This document shows, in pieces, positions 1 to 4,161 of a stretch of DNA of 13,289 bases (position 1 is its first letter; every line of letters starts with the position of its first letter). The notes under the pieces are model-generated. The model ran no database searches, was not told where the DNA came from, and saw only the letters and a list, made by a program, of their open reading frames with translations. The stretch is from IMG/VR virus record IMGVR_UViG_3300017989_002792, one strand, 5' to 3'. The DNA is from a virus. A program made the translations under genes and the position numbers.

Positions 1-192
1 TATGATAATCCAGGTACAAAAGAAAGAAAGGAAATACTAAAAGATTATTTTAGTGAATCGCCTTTATTTAAGACAACGGAAAAAGCTTTTGAATATGCAA
101 AAGAAATAAATGAAGAAATTTTAAAAGATGATTTTTGTCCTATAGTTGAATATGGTATTTGCTATTTAGGAGAATATGAATCTTTTGATTAG
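1..192 (+). CDS. 3' end of a hypothetical protein (partial, runs off window start)
   Basis: Frame 1 is open from nt 1 (YDNPGTKERKEILKDYF...EYESFD) to TAG at 190-192, immediately abutting tRNA-Trp at 193. Confidence 0.45.
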   Translation, partial: YDNPGTKERKEILKDYFSESPLFKTTEKAFEYAKEINEEILKDDFCPIVEYGICYLGEYESFD

Positions 193-264
193 AGGGGTGT
201 GGTGTAATGGTTAACATCTTCGGCTCCAACCCGAAGGCTCAGGGTTCGAATCCTTGCATCCCTG
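193..264 (+). tRNA. tRNA-Trp (anticodon CCA)
   Basis: Acceptor AGGGGTG/CATCCCT (one G-U). D-stem GTGT/ACAT. Anticodon stem TTCGG/CCGAA, loop CTCCAAC. T-arm CAGGG-TTCGAAT-CCTTG. Discriminator G. Confidence 0.8.
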
Positions 265-289
265 AATTAAAAAATAAAGGAGATAATAA

Positions 290-598
290 ATGAATCAACC
301 AAAACCACAACAAATAAGTGGAAATATGTTATTAAGTTCTTTTATGAGCGGAGTAATTAACAATATGGTAATAATGTCGTTCATAAAAAGCTTTACAAAA
401 GAAGAAGCTGAAAAAGTTCTTGATGAACTTTATAATGCGCAACTAGAAGTTTTTAAGAACACATGGGAGCCAATGTTAGCACAGGATATTGGTGGTTTAA
501 TTGAATTAAAAAAAGTTCTTAAAGAAGAATTTGACGGATTTAAAAAATCAATTTTAGAAAAGTATAAAAAAGATGGAGAGTTGGCAGAGTCTGGTTGA
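290..598 (+). CDS. hypothetical protein (102 aa)
   Basis: Strong RBS AAGGAGA 6 nt before ATG. Stop TGA 596-598 lies inside the 5' part of tRNA-Ser. Confidence 0.7.
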   Translation: MNQPKPQQISGNMLLSSFMSGVINNMVIMSFIKSFTKEEAEKVLDELYNAQLEVFKNTWEPMLAQDIGGLIELKKVLKEEFDGFKKSILEKYKKDGELAESG

Positions 599-665
599 TT
601 GCACTGCACTTGAAATGCAGAGGGCTATGTGAATAGTCCCAGGGGTTCGAATCCTCTACTCTCCT
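575..665 (+). tRNA. tRNA-Ser (anticodon TGA), class II with long variable arm
   Basis: Acceptor GGAGAGT/ACTCTCC. Anticodon stem CTGCA/TGCAG, loop CTTGAAA. Long variable arm AGGGCTATGTGAATAGTCC. T-arm CAGGGG-TTCGAAT-CCTC. Confidence 0.8.
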
Positions 666-751
666 AATAAAAATACACGACGAAGGTCAAAAAATATAAA
701 ATATCTACTATTTGTAAAACATGTTATAAAAGTAAGTATAGATAGATTTTA

Positions 752-826
752 GGCACCGTAGACCAATCAGGCAGAGTCAACGAGCTTAAACCTCGTTAAG
801 TAGCGGTTCGATTCCGCTCGGTGCTA
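752..826 (+). tRNA. tRNA with Leu anticodon TAA (reads UUA) but short 5-nt variable loop (class I-like)
   Basis: Acceptor GGCACCG/CGGTGCT (G1-U72). 3-bp D-stem GAC/GTC with long D-loop. Anticodon stem ACGAG/CTCGT, loop CTTAAAC. Variable TAAGT. T-arm AGCGG-TTCGATT-CCGCT. Discriminator A. Confidence 0.75.
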
Positions 827-840
827 ATAAAATAAAAAAA

Positions 841-913
841 GGCGCGATGACCTAATTGGCAAAGGTACATGATTCAAACTTATGGTTTATCGGTTCAAAT
901 CCGATTCGCGCTA
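841..913 (+). tRNA. tRNA with Leu anticodon CAA (reads UUG), short 4-nt variable loop
   Basis: Acceptor GGCGCGA/TCGCGCT. D-stem ACCT/AGGT. Anticodon stem CATGA/TTATG (one G-U), loop TTCAAAC. T-arm ATCGG-TTCAAAT-CCGAT. Discriminator A. Confidence 0.75.
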
Positions 914-935
914 ATTAAAACAAAGGAGATTTAAA

Positions 936-1292
936 GTGTTTACATTCTTAGTAATTTTAGGAATAATTAGTTTTTTAGTTATCGTTTTCACAGTACAATA
1001 CTACGAACCTTGGATTGATGGTGATGGACCTGTGTATGTGTTTTTAGTTTCATTAATCATACTAATTTTATCTATTGTTTCGGGAATCATAGGAACAAGA
1101 ACAGTTAAAACAAAATATGAAAAGGCTAAAATTACTCAAATAATCGAACATAAAGATACATTAGTAATTTTGCTCGAAGATGGAAAAATACTTACTAAAA
1201 AAGAATTAAAATGGAGAGACAAAAATAGAATTTTTAAGAAAATAGAAATCGATAGATTTGGTGATGAAGACGAAGAATATGTGGTAAAATAA
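936..1292 (+). CDS. hypothetical membrane protein (118 aa, two N-terminal TM helices), GTG start
   Basis: RBS AAAGGAGA 6 nt before GTG. N-terminus MFTFLVILGIISFLVIVF...VFLVSLIILILSIVSGIIG is strongly hydrophobic. Confidence 0.65.
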   Translation: MFTFLVILGIISFLVIVFTVQYYEPWIDGDGPVYVFLVSLIILILSIVSGIIGTRTVKTKYEKAKITQIIEHKDTLVILLEDGKILTKKELKWRDKNRIFKKIEIDRFGDEDEEYVVK

Positions 1293-1502
1293 ATGACATT
1301 ACTAATTTTAATAGCAATAATTATAAGTCCATTAATTTTAGCATTAATTATCAAATGGTATTTAAACTATAGATGGATGAAGAGATACATAAATGATATT
1401 GGTTATCGTTATGCATTAGAAGCTCGTGAGAGAGCAGAAAGATTAAAGAACATGAATTTGCAAGCGATGTATCTTGATAAAAAAGAAGGAAGAATAAATT
1501 GA
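1293..1502 (+). CDS. small single-pass membrane protein (69 aa)
   Basis: Start ATG overlaps the preceding stop (TAAATG). N-terminal TM LLILIAIIISPLILALII, then a charged C-terminus. Confidence 0.55.
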   Translation: MTLLILIAIIISPLILALIIKWYLNYRWMKRYINDIGYRYALEARERAERLKNMNLQAMYLDKKEGRIN

Positions 1503-1675
1503 GGTCCGATAAAATACTAAAATGTCCTAAATGTAATTCCATTGAAATTTCATATATATTTGTTATGGAACGAAAATATGATAATACAAATTATTATTGC
1601 AGAAATTGTAAATATAAATTTTATATAGAATGGAAAGGTAATAATTATAACGCCCTTGTAGACGAATTGGCCTAG
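1499..1675 (+). CDS. putative small zinc-ribbon protein (58 aa) with TTG start; absent from the ORF track
   Basis: AGGAAG RBS about 7 nt upstream of TTG 1499. Translation LRSDKILKCPKCNS...YYCRNCKYKFYIEWKG has CxxC...CxxC. Stop TAG 1673-1675 lies inside the downstream tRNA. Confidence 0.3.
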   Translation: MRSDKILKCPKCNSIEISYIFVMERKYDNTNYYCRNCKYKFYIEWKGNNYNALVDELA

Positions 1676-1730
1676 TCAACTGGCTTAGACCCAGTGCGTA
1701 AGCGTCCCGGTTCGAATCCGGGCGAGGGTA
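1652..1730 (+). tRNA. tRNA with Leu anticodon TAG (reads CUA), 10-nt variable region, 3-bp D-stem
   Basis: Acceptor GCCCTTG/CGAGGGT (two G-U). Anticodon stem ACTGG/CCAGT, loop CTTAGAC. T-arm CCCGG-TTCGAAT-CCGGG. Discriminator A. Confidence 0.75.
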
Positions 1731-1753
1731 TTTAAAAAAAGTAAATGAAAAAA

Positions 1754-1781
1754 TTGATTAACATGGAGGGTTTTGTATAGT
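1754..1781 (+). promoter_or_regulatory. sigma70-like promoter TTGATT-N16-TATAGT
   Basis: -35 TTGATT at 1754-1759, -10 TATAGT at 1776-1781, just upstream of RBS TAGGAGGT and ATG 1803. Confidence 0.4.
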
Positions 1782-1802
1782 AATACTTTAGGAGGTATTA
1801 CT

Positions 1803-2027
1803 ATGCGTTTATTAAACAAACCAAACCGTATTCTTAAAGAAACTACAAATAATAGAGAATATAAAATAGCGAAAGCAAATTTGGAACTATATAATATATG
1901 TCCTATATGTCCACCATATGGAGGGTGTAATTCACATAGGATTAAAATTAGAGATTATCGTTGTTGGAAACGATATAGAAAAACACAATATAAGCTGATG
2001 TCGCCTAACGGAAGGGCCTCGGAGTGA
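1803..2027 (+). CDS. small Cys-rich hypothetical protein (74 aa from ATG 1803; ORF track lists the 1773 start)
   Basis: RBS TAGGAGGT 8 nt before ATG 1803. Motif CPICPPYGGCNSH. Stop TGA 2025-2027 overlaps the anticodon loop of tRNA-Phe. Confidence 0.5.
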   Translation: MRLLNKPNRILKETTNNREYKIAKANLELYNICPICPPYGGCNSHRIKIRDYRCWKRYRKTQYKLMSPNGRASE

Positions 2028-2064
2028 AGATCCGATAGTGGTAGTTCGACTCTACTCGTCAGCA
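1994..2064 (+). tRNA. tRNA-Phe (anticodon GAA)
   Basis: Acceptor GCTGATG/CGTCAGC (one G-U). D-stem GCC/GGC. Anticodon stem TCGGA/TCCGA, loop GTGAAGA. T-arm GGTAG-TTCGACT-CTACT. Discriminator A. Confidence 0.7.
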
Positions 2065-2074
2065 ATTAAAACTT

Positions 2075-2296
2075 ATGTATAAACAATGTAAATTAAGAAA
2101 AGGAAAAGCAACCATAACTACTTGGGCACATGTAAATGTTGCAAAAAAAGGAAAACAAATTATGGTAAAAAGAGGTAATTTTTGGGAGTTTGATTGGATT
2201 ATTGAAGAAGTTTATCACGATATTGTAATAGATGAAGATAGGTTAGATGAATTAAAATCAGATCATAGAAATCAAAGAAAAGTAAGCGATGTTTAG
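2075..2296 (+). CDS. hypothetical protein (73 aa); alternative start ATG 2162 has a better RBS
   Basis: ORF MYKQCKLRKGKA... has no clear SD before 2075. AAAGGA sits 11 nt before ATG 2162 (MVKRGNFWEF...). Confidence 0.4.
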   Translation: MYKQCKLRKGKATITTWAHVNVAKKGKQIMVKRGNFWEFDWIIEEVYHDIVIDEDRLDELKSDHRNQRKVSDV

Positions 2297-2304
2297 GAAA
2301 AGAA

Positions 2305-2757
2305 ATGGAAAAACTAAAAGTTGTTAAAAAAATAAAATGGGATGAAGTAAAAAAGGCAATTCAAGAAAGCTCAAATGAAAGTTCTATCTATGTTGGTTGT
2401 GATAGTCAACACAGAAAAAAAAGTACACTTTTTGGACTAGTAGTTGTTATTCATATAGATAGTTCAAAGGGTGGAAGAGTATTTTATGAAATATCTAAGG
2501 CCAAAAGAATTAAGAGTCTTAGAGAGCGTCTTTTAAAAGAGGTTGAATTGGCTGTCACAGGAGCTCTCCAGATAGTGGAATCAGTTGGAAATAGACCTTT
2601 TGTTATTCACCTCGATATCAACCGGGATCCAGCGCATAAAAGTAGTGTGATTGTAAATGAAGCGATTGGATGGGTAACCGCGCAAAATCTGGAAGTTGCA
2701 GTAAAACCAGAGGCATGGGCAAGTGCACATGTGGCCGATCATATATGTAGGCTATAA
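2305..2757 (+). CDS. DUF458 / YkuK-like RNase H-fold protein (150 aa)
   Basis: Motifs IYVGCDSQ, LFGLVVVIHIDSSKGGRVFYE, LKEVELAVTGALQIVES, VIHLDINRD, KPEAWASAHVADHICR match the RNase H-like DUF458 family pattern (acidic residues on an RNase H fold). RBS AGGAAAAG precedes the start. Confidence 0.55.
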   Translation: MEKLKVVKKIKWDEVKKAIQESSNESSIYVGCDSQHRKKSTLFGLVVVIHIDSSKGGRVFYEISKAKRIKSLRERLLKEVELAVTGALQIVESVGNRPFVIHLDINRDPAHKSSVIVNEAIGWVTAQNLEVAVKPEAWASAHVADHICRL

Positions 2758-2827
2758 TTAATTATTAATTTCCTCTTAGGGACATCAAGTTATTTTATTC
2801 CAAAAATAAGGAAATTGTCTAAAAAAA

Positions 2828-3037
2828 ATGAAAAAAAAAGTTAAAAAGCAAAAATTAGAAATTTCATTAGAAGAGTTAAGAAGCATCATAGGAGAGATCG
2901 AAAGACGTTTAGATTGCGGATGGGATGATTGCTGGCCAACTTATGATGAAGAAAAAATTGAAATTACAATTTATGAGGATAAAGTAGACTTACGTATTCC
3001 ATATGAAGGTACTTCTTTTCAAACTTTTAATAGGTGA
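2828..3037 (+). CDS. hypothetical protein (69 aa)
   Basis: ORF with weak RBS. Stop overlaps the next gene's start (ATGA-type coupling at 3034-3037). Confidence 0.45.
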   Translation: MKKKVKKQKLEISLEELRSIIGEIERRLDCGWDDCWPTYDEEKIEITIYEDKVDLRIPYEGTSFQTFNR

Positions 3038-3537
3038 AAATGAAAAAAGAACTTGAAAAAAAATTAAGAACTAGATTTAAATTTTTTACAGTATCACCTG
3101 AAGTAGAAGATGGTTGGTTTGATTTATTATGGAACTTATGTTTTGAATTAGAATCGTGGTGTTTTGAAGGAGAGACAACTCAAGTTAAAGAGAAATTTGG
3201 TGGATTAAGATTTTATGTAACTTCTGCGGCCGATAGAGAGTATAGGATAATTCATGCGTATGAGGAGAAGTCATATACTATTTGTGAATTTTGTGGCGGA
3301 AAAGGAAAGCCAAGAGAAAAATTAGCATGGAGATTAACCTTATGTTTTAAATGTTATATCATAAAAAGAATTAAAATATTTTTTGACTTTATTACTTTTT
3401 CAGCATGGAGAGCAAAAAGAAGAATAAATCGTTTTATTAAAAGATATAAAATAAATAAAGAAATAAAGAAAGCAGAAAAATTAGGTGCTTATGACGCAGT
3501 CGAACATCAGACAAGCGAAAATAATTTTATGCCGTAG
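3034..3537 (+). CDS. hypothetical zinc-ribbon-containing protein (167 aa)
   Basis: RBS AGGTGA before ATG. Motif CEFCGGKGKPREKLAWRLTLCFKCY (CxxC...CxxC). Basic C-terminus. Stop TAG 3535-3537 falls in the acceptor stem of the downstream tRNA-like element. Confidence 0.6.
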   Translation: MKMKKELEKKLRTRFKFFTVSPEVEDGWFDLLWNLCFELESWCFEGETTQVKEKFGGLRFYVTSAADREYRIIHAYEEKSYTICEFCGGKGKPREKLAWRLTLCFKCYIIKRIKIFFDFITFSAWRAKRRINRFIKRYKINKEIKKAEKLGAYDAVEHQTSENNFMP

Positions 3538-3608
3538 TATCCACGCCCGCTACGAACGGGTAGTAAGGTAATTGGACGAAAATGCGGGTTCAAATCCTGC
3601 CTACGGCG
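3531..3608 (+). ncRNA. aberrant tRNA-like element / possible tRNA pseudogene (ACG-type anticodon hairpin, no canonical D-arm)
   Basis: Perfect 7-bp acceptor GCCGTAG/CTACGGC and canonical T-arm GCGGG-TTCAAAT-CCTGC. The interior folds only as hairpin GCCCG-CTACGAA-CGGGT, with a 7-nt 5' connector and a 22-nt 3' spacer. Confidence 0.4.
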
Positions 3609-3629
3609 AATCAATAAAGGAACAAAAAT

Positions 3630-3851
3630 ATGTGCAATTCAGACAGAAATTGTGAAAAGTGTAGAAATGGATATTATGTAGAATCAATAAAATTTCCTGA
3701 TGAATTAATTGAAATTTTAGGGGAATGGTATGAAAAATATAGGAATCAAGCAATTTTGAGAAGACTTAGACTCATCGTAGCTCAATCGGAAGACCGCGCG
3801 ATTACGAACCGTGATGTTGAGAGTTCAAATCCTTCCGATGGGAATGGATAG
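3630..3851 (+). CDS. small Cys-rich ORF (73 aa) whose 3' third is the tRNA-Arg sequence; only the N-terminal part is likely genuine coding
   Basis: RBS AAAGGA before ATG. N-terminus CNSDRNCEKCRNGYY (C-x5-C-x2-C). The ORF has no stop before reading through tRNA-Arg 3771-3843. Confidence 0.3.
   Translation: MCNSDRNCEKCRNGYYVESIKFPDELIEILGEWYEKYRNQAILRRLRLIVAQSEDRAITNRDVESSNPSDGNG
3771..3843 (+). tRNA. tRNA-Arg (anticodon ACG)
   Basis: Acceptor CTCATCG/CGATGGG (one U-G). D-arm GCTC-AATCGGAA-GACC (one mismatch). Anticodon stem CGCGA/CCGTG, loop TTACGAA. T-arm GAGAG-TTCAAAT-CCTTC. Discriminator A. Confidence 0.65.
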
Positions 3852-3930
3852 TTGCTCGAGTGGAAAGAGACCAGTCTGCTACACTGAGGTCGGGTATAGC
3901 CCGCATAGGTTCAAATCCTATACTGTCCGA
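3846..3930 (+). tRNA. tRNA-Ser (anticodon GCT), class II
   Basis: Acceptor GGATAGT/ACTGTCC (one U-G). 3-bp D-stem. Anticodon stem CCAGT/ACTG(A), loop CTGCTAC. Long variable arm with hairpin CGGG-TATAG-CCCG. T-arm ATAGG-TTCAAAT-CCTAT. Discriminator G. Starts 2 nt after tRNA-Arg. Confidence 0.7.
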
Positions 3931-3947
3931 ATAGGAGAAGAAGAAAA

Positions 3948-4070
3948 ATGAAAATAATTGATCTAAAAAAATATAAAAAGAAAGAATCAAAAAAAAGAAA
4001 GGAAAAAAGAGAAGAGATAATAAAAAAAATTATAAAATTGTCAGATCATCTATATCCGAATAAAATCTAG
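3948..4070 (+). CDS. possible small lysine-rich basic protein (40 aa); absent from the ORF track
   Basis: RBS AGGAGA 9 nt before ATG 3948. Translation MKIIDLKKYKKKESKKRKEKREEIIKKIIKLSDHLYPNKI. Stop TAG overlaps the -35 of the MVP promoter. Confidence 0.25.
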   Translation: MKIIDLKKYKKKESKKRKEKREEIIKKIIKLSDHLYPNKI

Positions 4071-4097
4071 ACAATATCATTAATAATAGAATATAAT
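4068..4097 (+). promoter_or_regulatory. sigma70-like promoter TAGACA-N18-TATAAT (part of the recurrent GAATATAATTAA motif)
   Basis: -35 TAGACA at 4068-4073, -10 TATAAT at 4092-4097 inside GAATATAATTAA. About 65 nt upstream of the MVP gene start. Confidence 0.55.
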
Positions 4098-4161
4098 TAA
4101 CTATAGAGATTTTTTACAAAAGATCCTATAAATTTATTATAAAAATACAAAGGAGGTTTTA

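Noticed and set aside
752-913. Possibility that the TAA and CAA anticodon tRNAs are nonsense suppressors or evidence of stop-codon recoding
   Set aside because: Read 5' to 3', the anticodons TAA and CAA pair with UUA and UUG (Leu), not with stop codons. The long genes (MVP, carbamoyltransferase) are intact under the standard code.
1136-1542. Minus-strand ORFs 1136-1354 and 1351-1542
   Set aside because: They are antisense to well-supported plus-strand membrane-protein genes, have no RBS, and translate to serine/isoleucine-rich low-complexity sequence typical of AT-rich antisense frames.
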